Source of the DNA: Gonapodya sp. JEL0774
Taxonomy: Eukaryota
Direction: 5' to 3'
Assembly (NCBI GenBank): GCA_027604505.1
Contig: JADIIX010000053.1
Span: 1 to 64,000, forward strand
Length of the DNA stretch: 64,000 bases
The notes under the pieces were generated by a model, which was not told the origin of the DNA, made no database searches, and saw only the letters and a list, made by a program, of their open reading frames with translations. Positions 10,753-25,927 of the stretch are shown here, in pieces (the first letter of the stretch is position 1; the number at the start of each line of letters is the position of its first letter). The position numbers were made by a program, and so were the translations under genes.

Positions 10753-13708
10753 ATGCCCCAGCCGTACCATCAGAACCTCGAATCAACGCCCTTACTCTCC
10801 CCTTCTGCTTTGGAATCGGGGAGTGCCTGGATCGGTCCTCAGAGGACCTCTTCAAAACCACTGAAGCTATCGCGCCGCCAGCGGCCCATCAGGCAATCAA
10901 AACGTACAGTACGGACTCTTCTCCACATGATTCTACCTTTTTTGGTCCTGATGATCGCAAAAGGAGTAGAATCAGTGGAAGGTGGCACTAGGAGTGCACA
11001 ATATCGAGAACCTCAGACCAGTACCGATGCAGGCCGGATCCCCATACGGTACCGAATACAAATAGTGGAGAAATACCTGATCATGGCTGATGGGGTGGGA
11101 TTGAGTGCGAGGATCGCCGTGCCGGTAGTGGACAGGAGGAGAGGCGGGGAAGGGATGATAGTTGTACCTGCACTGTTAGATTATAGGCCTTACAGGAAGG
11201 TGAGGTTTATGGCAAGTGAATCTAGGTTTTCTAGCCAGATTTTTTTCCCTGAGCAAAGGACCTCCCTAGGACGATTCCTTCTACATGCCCGACATGCATC
11301 TTCACACGTACTTTGCTCGGCGAGGTTTTATTGTAGCACAAGTTGACATCCGAGGTACTGGTGCCTCTCACGGTCAGCTCATACGAAGGGAATACACCGA
11401 GCAGGAGCTACGTGATGGAGCTGAGGTGATACGCCAACTGTCGTGTCTGGAACTGACATTGGACAAGCCTGGAGGGGGAACTGTGATAGTAAAGGGGAAT
11501 GGAAAGGTGGGAATGTATGGGAAGAGCTGGAGTGCATTCAACTCTGTGATGCTGGCAGCGAAGAAAACGCCTGGACTGGCAGCGGTGAGCGGCTCCCTCT
11601 TCCTGCATGCTTCGGTTTGTAGCTGGAGAAACGACTGTGTGAGCAGATTTATGCACTCCATGGATCACAAGACCTCTTTTACAATGACGTGCATTACATG
11701 GAGTAAGTTTTCCCCATTCCCTAGGTCCCAGGCACCTGACCACCTGATCGTCACCACAGTGGGGCGTTACACTTTGATGAATGGATTCTTTCTATGGATC
11801 ACGAGAATGCTCTTCCTCGATCTCCTGATTATCGTCTTAATACCGAGTGGTTGCAAGAACGGTTCGAACAACCTCCATGGACAATGCTATATCTCCGCCA
11901 TCAGTCTGATGGTCCTTTCTTTGAACACAACTCTGTGATGCTCAACTACTCTCAAATCGATGTACCGCTGTATCTCAACAGTGGACTGTACGACGGATAT
12001 AGGGACTATGCTGCTAGGATATACGAAGGTGTGCGGGACGCGAAGACACGGGCCGGGAAAACGCCCCAGGAGATGAAAATGGTGTTGGGGCCCTGGAATC
12101 ATGCGTGGCCACAGGATGGTCCTATTGGGCCGCGATATTCTGGAGCGGACGAGGCAGTGAGGTGGTTCGATCGACATATGAAGACGGATGCAGGTGACGG
12201 CGATATCGATGGTCCAGGTCCTGTGACCATGTACATCAGGGACGCAGTGCCACCGGGCAGAAAGCACGTGAGCTCAGTTTGAAAATTCTTTCCACATCTG
12301 ATCTCACAGGCCGCTTGAGACCAGTTGAATATTCCGGGGCGCTGGTTTACCACCTCCTGGCCGATTCCTCAAACTCGTAACGCAGTTTACCATATTTTGC
12401 CTTCTTCTTCTTCCAATTCGACTTCCTCGGGTTCTCTCATATTAAATGCGTTGCCGCTTACGAACGTGTCGTACGTCTATAAATTGTCCTACAAACCTTC
12501 CAGTGGAACGGAAATGGGAACTTGGTTTGGCGAGCCGCTTCCAGACATGCGCTCGTATGATGGCGTCTCTATCGTATTTGACTCTGAAGTCATACTGGAT
12601 GATTTTGCAATCGCTGGGTTTCCCAAGGTGTCGATCTTGGTATCTGCGGAAGCGCCATTGGCTCACTGGGTTGTCCGATTGGAAGATGTGTGGCCTGATG
12701 GTCACGTCTCGCATGTCACTGGTGCCTTGAGAAATGGTGCTTATAGAAACGGGAGACAGAAACCTGAGGCGATCAAGATTGGCGAGTGGTTCAAGATGGA
12801 AATGGATCTGCACCTGACGACATGGACATTTCGAGCCGGGCACCGCGTGCGCTTGGCTGTGTCAAATGCAGTGTTCCGGATGGCATGGCCCACGCCTTTC
12901 GAGATGCGAACTTCGCTAATGGCTGGGGCGCAGTCCTCCCTCCGATTGCCGGTCATATCCATTCCGGCAAACCACATTCCAGCACGCTTTGTCAACGTCA
13001 AAGCAAAAGAAGATCGTGAAGACAAAGAGATCAGAAGACGAGATGGTATGACTGTGATAAGGTACAGCTGTGTGTTCATGCCCATGCATTGCATGGTGCG
13101 CGGAAGACTAACTTTGATCATCTCCTTTTGTTCTCAGGGGAGACTACCATCAAGCACTCGAGCAAGAGGCTAGTAACACCTCAGTGTTTTGGTCTGGAAA
13201 CCACTTTGGTCTGCTCCGTGGCTCTCTGTACGGCGCCCAACTTGCCCAAGTTTTCGATGTAGACGACAACAATCCGGCACAATCACGGTGGCTAGGCTTT
13301 GGGAGGCAAGTTTTCATTTTTGGTGGCAACACAATCAAAATGAGGAGTGCGGCCAAAGAGGTCAGGTCACTTTTCGCGTGCGAAACGGAACGGAACTCCC
13401 GAAGAAGATTTGGATCTGTTCGAGTGCAAGGTACGAATGATGCGGCTCTTGAGGATCTGAGTTCTTGTCACGTTCGATCTGGAGAGGGCCGACGGCGCTC
13501 CTATCAACTGCGTGATTTCGCTCCCTTGACGGAAGAGCTTGCTGGTTTGAATTTGAATGAGTCGAGATGGCTGGAGTTGCGAACTCGTTTGCAGGTGACT
13601 TCGGATGGACAGCGATTTATGTCAGAACTCCAGAGGGAGATGTACGAGAATGGGACGCTGGTGGCAAGTCGGCACTTTCAGGATGTCGTTCAAAGGGACC
13701 ATCATTGA
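10753..13708 (+). CDS. CocE/NonD-family serine hydrolase (peptidase S15 / X-Pro dipeptidyl-peptidase-like) with an N-terminal hydrophobic segment
   Basis: MADGVGLSARI, YRPYRK, FARRGFIVAQVDIRGTGASHG, nucleophile elbow GKVGMYGKSW, GPWNH, and a PepX_C-like C-terminal domain VRLEDVWPDG..FRAGHRVRLAVS. Confidence 0.9.
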
Positions 13709-13916
13709 CGTTATGATCCCAACATGGTTTCTTGTGCGGCACTCACGTACTGAATGCTATTATTTATTTGTCAGATTTCACTCTGAGCATTACGTTACAG
13801 TTTGTGCCTTTACTATATTAATTATTGCTTGTTATGCGAGGGGGTTCGAGATGATTTCGTGGGTTGTGGTGCACCGCGCCCAATTCTCCCCGTGACAGTC
13901 AATTGCTGCATGAGCC

Positions 13917-15398
13917 ATGATTCTCCTTGAATATGCGAACCGGATCATAATTGAAACATTGGTTGAGAAATTCAGGTTCGTTTCTCGACATCGGGCCTCA
14001 ATTCGACGTTGCCGCGAATCGTTAATCTTCGAATGCCCACATCACTCGGTTGTTCACGTACATCATTTTCTTTTTCTCCTGAAATATGAACTTTCTGCGC
14101 ACTAAACGATCAATCACGGTTTCCAGCACCCCTTCCACGACAATCCTGAACATCGCCGACTTCGATGGAGTCGGATACCGCCTAACCACTCCAGAATCCA
14201 AAACCCAGATGTTAATTTCCATGCGCATGCCGTGTTTTCCGGAGCTTATCCAGTATGGAGCAATGGACGTACTCAGGCGCGAATACGGGGTAATGCTGGC
14301 GGACTTACCTGAACCGGGGTATGAGGTCACTCTGAAGTTGGATCTCGAGAAGGTACCACAAGATTACAGTGAGTGATTTTCAGTGGAGTTACTGTAGTTC
14401 TCTCGTCTGCGGAGTGTTTGTCTCACGAGATGTGTCTTTGTGCATCCATTTGCTGCAAGGTGAAAGCCAGGCGCTTATTCGAAAAATTGCGATGCTCAAA
14501 CGGAATGCTCTAGCGGCACCCTTTGAGCGAGCGTTTGACGCCCAAATGGATGGTCGGGAGACCCCTCTCATGGCTGTACACTATCGCGATACGGAGGTGT
14601 TCTACGTGAAAGCCGGAACGGACCGGGTCACAGTGATCTTTTCTACTGAGTTCAAGGAGGAACAGGACAAAATATTTGGCAAAGTCTTTCTACAGGTGGG
14701 TTGAATGTGATGCCACGTGGAAGTAATCAATATTTGGTGCCACGAACTCAACAATCGATGGTCAGGAATTCGTTGACGCTCGGCGACTACCTCAGATTCA
14801 AAATGCCCCACAAGTACTCTATACGAACCGAGATCCGCCTCTCGAACTTCGTGGCCAGCCGGGTCTAAAGGACTCCGATAATATTGGCTACGTCACCTTC
14901 GGTGCGCCTCTCATGCATGGTGTCTGGGCTATTTCACTGGGTTCTGACTTCCTCTTTGTTGTCTCTATCCAAACTCTGCCGTGTTTTCACTCGCGAAGTC
15001 CTCTTTCCACGCCACTTTACAAAGGAGAAGCGGGAAGATACCATCTCAAAGATTCAGCTTTTCCGAGATTACCTTCACTATCACATCAAATGCTCAAAAT
15101 CTTACATGCACTCTAGGATGAGAGCACGTGTTGCAGAAGTAAGTTTAATTCATTGCGTCATGACCAAATCTTCACAAACGATTTCCTTTGCATTTGTCTG
15201 TCGAAATCTTGAAATATCGCAGTTCTTGAAAGTATTGAACCGTGCTAAACCGGAACCGATTAATGTGGAGAAGAAGACAATTGCGTGAGTGTTCGAACTT
15301 CGTTCTTCTGGAGTATTCTCCAAGTATTGCTTCAACATCTCTTTTATGGACACTCTCTTCTTTCAATATGCAGTGGAAAGACATTCAAACGTTCATAG
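13917..15398 (+). CDS. ARPC2: Arp2/3 complex subunit 2 (p34/Arc35)
   Basis: [72 protein letters not shown]; the last exon gives GKTFKRS*. Confidence 0.95.
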
Positions 15399-15560
15399 AA
15401 GTAAACAGGGAGATTTAGCTGCCGATTCGGCAGAATCCCCAACCTTCTGGTTGGCCATCATTTTGGTGGGATCGGTAAATTCTCGATGTAAAGCATATAA
15501 ATATTCTTACGAGGCGGGGTTCGGGAGAACGTCGTGGCATCAAGGATAATCATCCGAAGG

Positions 15561-15603
15561 ATATATAAACTGGGATCAGTGCATTGGTCACATCACGTGA
15601 CCA
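15561..15603 (+). promoter_or_regulatory. TATA-like box and E-box (TCACGTGAC) upstream of ARF1
   Basis: ATATATAAA at 15561-15569; TCACGTGAC at 15593-15601 within the 7-bp inverted repeat TGGTCAC-N5-GTGACCA. Confidence 0.35.
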
Positions 15604-15821
15604 TAACCGAACTCTGAGATCTCCACTTCTCGCCCATCCAACAACGCCACCCGAGCAAGAGTGAGTGAGGAGGGGGAGGGCATACCTGGAAGGCCAGCGT
15701 TGATGGAAAGCCATATCTGGGTGGGAGTCTGGATCGTCCAATTGGCGAGTCTGGCTTCTGCTGCATCTTCCTCATTTTTGCCAGCATTCCCGCTGGATGT
15801 CTCCAGTCATCCAACTGCTGA

Positions 15822-16907
<1,086 letters not shown>

Positions 16908-17266
16908 ACAGTGGGACTGGGAAGGGATGGAGATGGGTATACGTTCATATGTGTTAGTGTGCCGTGTGGGATGGGTACGGTGGCAGTCCGGGCGTGCGGC
17001 TGGGCTGGAGCAACTTACGAAGGGAGGGAAGTGAACAAACGTTGGCAATCATTATCGAGTATATGGAGGGTGTCAACGTTTCTTCTCTGCAACTGCCCGC
17101 TGGCATGTCTAGAAGCCCCCCTTTCATTTTTTCCTGTAATACACCACAATTTAAAGTGCTTCCTATGCAAGTTTGTGTGAATTCTGAGTTCTGATCTGAA
17201 GGATTTTATATTTTGTATTCGATTTCACATCTCCAATATTACTTCTGGACTCGTTTTCAATACCAT

Positions 17267-18820
17267 ATGGCCGCAGAATTCGAACTCTCCGAGCCACCTT
17301 CGGACGGGATCTCCGCCGTGGTATTCTCCCCTACAGATCCGGCATTGTTGCTCTCCGCGAGCTGGGACAAGGTGGTGTGAGATTACAGTAAATGTTGGTT
17401 TTCCTGTTTTCTTGCTGACTGAATCTTGATTCCTTCTCAATGCGTCCTCTCTTCCTGCCGCGTCCTCTCTTCGTTTTCCGTTTTGCCTTTCTGCAATCGT
17501 TTCATCTTCACTCTCACTCACTCCTAGAGTGTCCGCTTGCATGATGTCAATTCCAACGTGCTTCGTCAAAGATACCCACATAAAGCTGCTGTTCTTGATG
17601 TGTGCTTTGGGGAAGAAGGACATGCGATCAGTGGGGGTTTGGATAAGAGAGTGAAGTTGTAAGTTCAAAAACTGTTTGGGCGAGCACGATTGTCATCGCT
17701 GGCGACATAAACACGGGTTGTTTTGAATTTGTTCGTCTACGAAGGATTGATTTAAATACTGGAAGTGAAACTGTGCTGGGAAAGCACGAGGATGTGGTGC
17801 GAAACGTGGTGTATGACCCGGAAACGAGTGAGCATAGCTTTCAGTCCACCCCAAATTCTCGATGTGTCCCTTATCACTGTCTTCGATAATTCAAGAACTC
17901 GTCATTACGGGTTCCTGGGACAAGACCATTCGCCAATGGGACGCCCGCCAACCGTCCCTCCAGCCGGTTGGCGTTCAGGAGCAGCCGGACAAGGTTTATG
18001 CACTTGACATCACCCCACACGGCCACAAACTGGTAGTGGCCATGGCTAACCGTACGGTGTACGTGTACGACACGAGAAATTATCAGGAGACATTTCAAAA
18101 GCGCGAATCGAGCTTGAAGTTTATGACACGGGCGGTCAAGTGCATGCCGAATGGACAAGGTGGGTGGACTACAGGCGGACTTGTAGATGGTCTGACCTAT
18201 TTTTGAAGACACTTTGAGGAAATTCAGTTAATGCTTGCACGACTTCCACATGCAGGTTATGCCTCGTCCTCCACAGAAGGTCGTATCGCCGTGGAATTCT
18301 TCGATCCATCAGACGAGGCACAGTCGAAAAAGTACGCGTTCAAATGCCACCGCCAAACTTTAGATGGCGCGGAGCACGTTTATCCGGTGCATGCCTTGGC
18401 GTTTCATCCGAGGTCAGTTTGAATGAACGAACCTCACGACATTCATGAGAGATCTAAGTTGCAGTTCCCACCCTTCCTTGATTCCTTCAGCTATGGTACC
18501 TTCGCATCGGGTGGTGGCGACGGAATCGTTAACGTGTGGGACGGTTACAACAAAAAGCGCATCCGGCAGTTCCCACGGTACCCAACGAGCGTTTCCTCCC
18601 TTTCATTTTCATCAGATGGACGACAATTAGCTATTGCAAGTTCGTACACTTGGGAGGAACTGGAAAAGGAGTGAGTTGTTGCTTCTGGCGCATTTCCCTT
18701 TTGGTGGTACCTTGTATTCTCATCTTTGTTTACACTTCTGGTAGCGCCCCGGCAGACTCAATTTACATACGAACGATGGCGGACACTGAAGTGAGACCGA
18801 AGATATTAGTATCTGCATAA
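17267..18820 (+). CDS. BUB3: Spindle checkpoint WD40 protein Bub3
   Basis: [88 protein letters not shown]. Confidence 0.92.
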
Positions 18821-18950
18821 TGTACAATAATAATGTGAAAACGGGAGAATAAGTCTGTGGTCAGTGATCGGAGCCTCATCTTCGCTCGTTTCACCGCCAT
18901 CGCTAACTGACACTTCGCGACCTTCGTTTTTGTCACCGCACTACCTTCTG

Positions 18951-20252
18951 ATGTCCCATGCTGCAAAAGCGTACTCTGCATGGCTTGCCAGGAGTCCTTA
19001 TCTTGCAAATTCGTTGACGGCGGCTTGTGAGTCAAAGCCAAACGATTGGATGAGTTTCATTTTACACTTCTCTCGTCGGTATCTGGGACAACAAGCTCTC
19101 TGGCTTGTTGGTGACATAATAGCCCAGAAGATTAGCCCCACCGAAATCCAAAATGGAGCAAACGCTACTGCTTTGGAGAACGTTTCAAATGTTTCAAGCC
19201 GCACTTCCGAACCGTCACATAAACTTTCAAACATTTTCGGTTTTGACTCTCGACGAAATCTTCCGCCATTGGCAGTTGGACTGGTGCCGAGTGAACGCAA
19301 ATGGTTGAAAGAAGCTTGGCGCTATTACATGGACGGAAACCCAGTCAATTGGAAGCGTGTCGGAGTAATGGTGGGATTCGGATTTTGCTTTGCTGGTACG
19401 TGGTATTGCATCTGTATTCTTGTCCACGGAGAGACGACTGTTGTGTTCTTCTTCACTCAGGGCCAGCATACACGTAAGATTACTGAGAGTACACACAACA
19501 CACCAACTTTTCATAGGAGAAACCCCCTTTTTGTATAATTACAGATTCTGGTATAAAACTCTCGACGTGCAGGTCAAAGCACTTGTCGCCCGGATCTCGG
19601 GACTTGCAACTTCTTCAGAAAGGTCACAAATATGGACTATGGCGGGAATCAAAACAGCGTCTGACTTAATTATCTTTGGTGGGTGGTCCGTATGTGAAAC
19701 GGGGTCCCCGCAGATACCTTTCGAAGTTCCATGTTGTGTGTGCAAATTAGATCCTATCTATCTCCCACTTTTCTTCGTATCCACAAACCTTGTGTCTGGC
19801 TGTTCACTTGATGAAGCGGGCCAGAAACTAAAGAGAGACTTTGCTGGAACATATGTCGTGGATGTTGCGGTTTGGGCTCCGATTCAAGTGAGTCGGGAGA
19901 ACCAAGTGCGGTGCACAGAGTATGGACAGTGAATGCGCATTCCAACGTATTTTCCAGCTTGCAAACTTCAGGTGGGCTTCTCGAGGTCCAATTTTCGAGG
20001 CGAGTAGTTCAAGCTTCTGTCGATATTTGCTTCTGCAATAGATTCCTTCCAGTAATCTACCAGCCTCTTCTTGTTAACTCTGTCAACATACTTTGGAATG
20101 CCTACTTAAGGTGAGGTCACTCCAGATTCTGCAACGTTCTTGCCCCTTTGCAAAGGTGGTATCTCACCTTTCTATTCAGCTCGGTCCAGCACCAAGGACA
20201 CACCGCGGAGACAGAGCAAAATGATATTGGTCAGCTGGGTATCCAACGATGA
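18951..20252 (+). CDS. Mpv17/PMP22 family membrane protein (Sym1-like)
   Basis: PYLANSLTA..LWLVGDIIAQ, WKRVGVMVGFGF, FWYKTLD, VWAPIQ|LANFR|FLPVIYQPLLVNSVNILWNAYLS. Confidence 0.88.
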
Positions 20253-21154
20253 GAGAGCACTGGCTTGTTTCATCCTCCCACCTTTGATCGGCTTTCCAAG
20301 CACTGGTGGGTTCATTATATTGATATAACGAACACTGATAATTTGGCACACACATCAAACTAAAAGATTAGACGCATTATTGTCGGACACGAAATTGTAG
20401 AACAAAATCTAGACGGAAATCATGAACAGTGTAAGATCACCCGATGCCTGCGTTTTAAAACTTCACGACGTCCATAAGTAGGGTAAGGAGGATCAGAGAT
20501 AACACACGTCGGATCTGACGAGCGGGATCTTCTTCAGCCAAAGAATAATCACCGCCTCTGACTCCCTGCATCATTAGTTCGTGAGAACAGAAATTGTCTT
20601 TATGAATTTTTGAGAAAAGTTTCAAGCGTACAAATGTGCGAACGACTGAACAAATGTCGAGGGACGTTTTATCATCTTTGGTGTTGGGCTTGGTGGTCGG
20701 GCCCAATCTCCTCAAGCTCTCCTCTTACAAGGACGCCGTCTACCGCAGACGCACTACACGGACGGACTTCCAAGGCACAACTCCTTTGACACGTTTTGCA
20801 TTCTGAAGCCCAGTTAAAGAGAAAGTGGGACCTGAGAGAACGCCCGCTCTTAAAATCCGCTTCCAACTTCAAGCAGCACCCACCGGTCAGCACTAGCTGA
20901 GCATCAAGAGACAAACGTCACTTTGTCAAGGCTTTCTGCTTGATTCGAATATCAGTGACACCTGGCAGGGTTGTGCCTGGTCGCCACGTCGAGTTTGCAA
21001 CTGCAAGAGGGACCTGCGCCTTACCGTCACCAGTGCTCTTCCAGCAGTCAACGGAAGATCTAAAGCTTTCTTCCTCTTTTCGCTCACCTCAAAGGACTCC
21101 TTCTCAGGCCGCGGTTTTATCCCTCAGGAGCCGCTGCAATAGTAGTTACTAAAT

Positions 21155-24100
21155 ATGAAGGCGAGCATTGCACGCGAGACAGCTGCTGGGCTCCCTCCCC
21201 CTGGCATAGTTGGCGACGGGAGTGTCGTTGGTAGCGGTTACGCTGCAGTGCAACCTCCGCACGACAAAATCCACACACAACTACAGGGCCGCCCTCAGCC
21301 AGCGCACCAGCTCGCTCATTCTGCTGCGCGTCGTTCAACCTCACTTGCTGTCTCCTCCGGCCCCGTCACTCGGGTTGTAACCCGTGTTGAAACAACCACA
21401 ACGGTCGCCTACCCACCTCTCTTGTTCGACCCACCTCACCCCACTCATTTGGACCCGGGTGTCTATCCTCTTGCAAATACACCTACTCCACCTGCTCTGA
21501 AGCGCTTCTGTTTTGAGGTTGATGGTGTCCCAACGCATTTCAGGGAGGAGGGTGACGGGGCGGACGGCGAAATGGTGAGTTTTGTTGAGGCGCTGAATCC
21601 GTGGCAGGTTTGAGGTTTTCGAAAATCCTTTGCGCCAATACCTCTCTCATACATTCATGACGTTTTCTGTTTTTGGCTTTCTCGGTGACGCCGCTTTGCA
21701 TTCTCTGTCCGTCTTGTCCCCCCACCTCCCACATGGAACTTTGTTCTGGCGAACCCTGGCAGCACTTTCGCCCTTTGACCCCTTCCATCACCTCAACTAC
21801 TACAACCTCCACCACCACAACTTCGACTACTGACCTCGCTCGTAAACGCAAGCAATCAGCCTCACACCACGTTCATGCACCTCCCAATCTCGCAATGTTG
21901 CCCCCTCCTTCCTCCACCTCCATATCTTCAATCCGCCAGGCTACGGCTTCCAATGCTATTCCGCCGACCAAACTCGCTCTTGCGGCCTACCACAACCCGA
22001 GCACACCTCTGACACCCTACCCCGACTCTGCTTCTCTGTCGCTCTCCCTTTCCTTGCCCCCTGCGTCTGGCGGTGCTGGAGTGATTTCCCAGTCGGTTGA
22101 TATAGCAGTTCCGTCCCCCACGCTTCCTAGTCCCAGTCTATCGCCCACAACTGGGCCTGGCGAGGTCGACGGAACTGGCAGGGCAATTGAGGAGGTGGCA
22201 GGGGAGATCTTCCTACCACCCCCTGGAGATATGATGGGTTTTGACGGAGATGTTGGTGAGTTACTGTGAAGTGAATGCATGAACAAGTCCAGAGGGGGCT
22301 CGGGAGTCGGTATTCTAGTTGTTCCGGATTCTTTAGTGGCGATTCGTGGCTTAGTGCGAAGCTACTTTTTGATTCAATTCACTTGTGTGCGCTGTCAATG
22401 CGGGTTAATGTGCTCTGAACCACGACTCGTGCTTTCACATACTACTCCTGTCACCACATGCAGCCCCTCCTGTCCTATCCGACCTTCCCCGAATTGTTCG
22501 TACTTTTTCAGCACTTCCGTCGCCCCTTAAATCGTACCTCCTACTGCACCTCCTCCGAAGATGCCCCGTCCCCACCCTTCAGTTTGTATCTTCCCTTGTC
22601 CTTCCTACGCTCAAAAGAGACTTCTTCAACCTTTTGCCGCTCGAGCTTGCATTCCAAATTGTGGGGTACCTCGATGTTCGTGCTTTGGGGAGGTGCGCCA
22701 GGGTGAGCAAAACATGGAGGAGGGTTGTGGAGGGCGGGGACGCAGAGGTGGCAGTGTGGAAGGCCAGATTGCTGAGGGAGGGATGGCTCAAGGATGATGA
22801 GGTGGAGAGGGAGGCGTTCAAAAGAGGTGGAGTGTTTGGTGGGAAAGGACGGGAGGACGGCAGGAGATCTGGCTTCGACGAAGAAGTCATGAGGGTTGAG
22901 AAGGAGAGAGAGAGAGAAATGAGGGTACGGGCTGCGGAAGAGGCCAGGAGAAGAGCAGGCACGCCACCACCGGAAGATGGGGATATGGATGCAGAAGCAG
23001 TTGGAGGAACGGCTGACTCCATGGCCTTGGATGATCCCATGGGAACCTCGCCGTCATTATCTCCGGCCTCTCCAGCTGGATTTGGAGGCAGCGTTGGAAA
23101 CTTTGGCCGCCCAGGGCAACCACCTTCATCGAGTTCAATGCTTTATCGATCTCTATACCGTCGCCATCACATCACCTCCCGTAATTGGTCTGCTGGACGG
23201 TATAAGCTCCTCTCCTTTCCTGGTCACAACCAAAACGTGGTAACATGCCTCCAATTTGATGGTGACAAGATTGTTTCAGGGTCGGATGATCAGACAATGA
23301 ATGTATATGATGTCCGCACAGGAGCACTGAGGAGGAAGCTTGAGGGTCATGAGGGAGGGGTGTGGGCGCTCCAGTATTTTGGAAATACGCTCGTCAGCGG
23401 TTCGACGGACAGGACTGTGAGGGTTTGGGACTTGGCAACCGGGAAGTGCACGCACGTGTTTGAGGGACACACTAGCACCGTGAGATGTTTGGCGATTGTG
23501 ATGCCACAATTAAATACAGAGACGGGAGAGATGGAGCCGGAGGTACCGGTCATTGTGACCGGTAGCAGGGACTCAACACTCAGGGTCTGGCGGCTTCCTA
23601 ACGTGGACGTGGACCCGCCGTACAATGTACCAGAAGCAGCGGCGACGGCAGCTGGGGGAAGTGCTTCGGGTTCACAAAGCGAGAATCCGTACTTCCTGCA
23701 TGTGCTCTCTGGCCACCTCAACTCAGTCCGTGCCATTGCCGGCGCGGGCAACGTGCTCGTTTCGGGCTCGTACGACGCTACTGTCCGTGTGTGGGATATT
23801 CGTCGTGGAGAAATGGTACACAGGTTGACGGGCCACAGGGAGAAGGTGTACAGTGTGGGATACAGTGCAGAATTACGAAGAGCTGTGAGTGGAAGTATGG
23901 ATGCGACCGTGATGGTATGGGATGTGAGGACTGGCACAAGATTGTTCCAACTGGAAGGTTGGTTGCTGTTGAGCATCAGAAACAGGAAACATCCTAACAT
24001 ACCAATTTTCTGCCGACTCAATTGATCATTTAGGGCACACTTCTCTCGTAGGACTACTTGAGCTCACTCCCAAATATCTTGTCTCCGCCGCTGCTGATTC

Positions 24101-24701
24101 AACTCTCCGCATCTGGAACCCGAACACTGGCGCATGCCTGGCGACTCTTAACGGTCATCAAGCGGCGATAACCTGCTTTCACCACGACCCGCATTTTAAT
24201 CGGATCGTGTCGGGAAGCGATGGTGGGGTGAAAGTATGGGAACTTTGCTCGGATCCAGCGGAGGCAGCCAGACTGGAGCGAGATGGTCAGGCTAGCAATG
24301 GTATGGGAACGGGTGGCTCATCTACCACAGTCACGTACGGGAGATTTTTGAGGGACCTTGTTTCTGGTCCGGAAGTGCACGGAGTGTGGAGGGTGAGGAT
24401 GGACGAAAGGCGGCTAGTTTGTGCCATTCAGAGGGAGCATGCACAAACCTTCTTTGAGGTGTTGGACTTTGGAGATGGTGTTGATGAGGAAGGGGAAGGT
24501 GAGAGGAAAAGTGGTATCGTGGGGGATGGTTATGTGGAATACGTGGATGGCAACAGAGATGTTGGAACTTTCCGGAGCACAGCGGGATCTTCTGGTGGCC
24601 AAAGCGGCCGCCCACTACCAGAGGATCACAGTGATGATGAGGCAATGATGGGGCCGCACCCGCAGAATATGGAAATGGTAGAAGGGGATACCAGTGATTA
24701 A
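21155..24701 (+). CDS. CDC4: F-box/WD40 SCF substrate adaptor Cdc4/Fbxw7
   Basis: Dimerisation segment KSYLLLHLLRRCPVPTLQFV, F-box LPLELAFQIVGYLD..CARVSKTW, WD repeats VVTCLQFD..VSGSDD, GHEGGVWAL, GHTSTVRCL, GHTSLVGLL. Confidence 0.93.
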
Positions 24702-25927
24702 GTTTGCAAAACCCAACGCCTAAAGTCATGGGATTGGAAAGAGATGGTTGGATCTGCATTCGCTGTGTCGCATGTTTGTCACTTGGCGGATATTCTGTTT
24801 CTCGTGGAATACCTTTCTCACAATCGGTGGAGCGCATTGCTGCGTTGACGGTGTATGAATGGTTAGAGGTGGGAATATTATTGCTTGTTTTGGAGTCTCT
24901 TCCCCCAAAGGACACTTCTGCCCCAGATGTTATTTGTACACACTGAGGGGATGAAATTGAAAGAGGGCGTCTATACTCCAACTTCATTTCCGTGAAAGAA
25001 AGTTATGGTTGGTTCTATCTATCCAAATACAGTAGTATTATATGCCCCCTATCGAGAGGCTCACCACCTCCAAGCGCTCGCCAATCGCAGGAATTTCTTC
25101 CCCACCATGGTGGTGGAGCTGGGATGAAACTACAGGATTTTGCGATACCTACGTTCTACAGGCTGTTTTTGGAATGCTTCATTTCCAAAGGATTTTTCGT
25201 TGGAGGGAGACAATGCTCGGAATGCCTCCAACCCCGGCCTTCGTTGTAGTGGAACGTGACTATTCGGCCATCTAGATATATTGGGAGGTACATGACCGGG
25301 GGTGTTTGTCTGTACAATGCTTTGCACCGTTCTACGCCGTGGTCGCGGGGTGCGCCTCACCACCACAGAACCAGAGACAGATCACCACAGCTACAATCTA
25401 TCTTGAGGCCCACCCCTCGCTTGTCCGCTTTGTCCCCCATTTGTCCCTTACTGAGTCATATCTCTCCATCTGGTACCGGTTCCACTACATCGTGATCCGG
25501 ACATGTACTGTGCTGTTGTATTTTCACATGTCATGCGTACTTTAGAAGGAATACATCCACCGATTTGTTTACCCGTCGTCCCGCAGTTTACTACGACCCG
25601 TTCATTCTACTGGTGTCAACGAAGGATTTCTCGCAGTCCCATTCCTGACGACACGACCTCCGATGAGCTTCGATGATCAAGAGCGCAGAGTTCGACCGCT
25701 CCTTGTTCTTCCCAAATGTTCGACTCCACCTTCGAATAGCGAAGTGAGGGCCTGTTTCCGCAAATCAGCCACTTCTTTGTGCTTTGCTTGACAGACTACT
25801 GACGTGTTCAACGAACCCAGATTGCTCTGGATTGATGGCTTTTTCATATGGCAGACTGAATACAAAGCAGAGGGTCAAAGAACTTCTTTCTCTGTGGTGG
25901 GTAGTATCACTCACCGTGTTGTGTGCT

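Noticed and set aside
24990..25850. Short ORFs between the CDC4 and SMG9 3' ends
   Set aside because: No motifs; likely convergent 3'UTR or intergenic sequence
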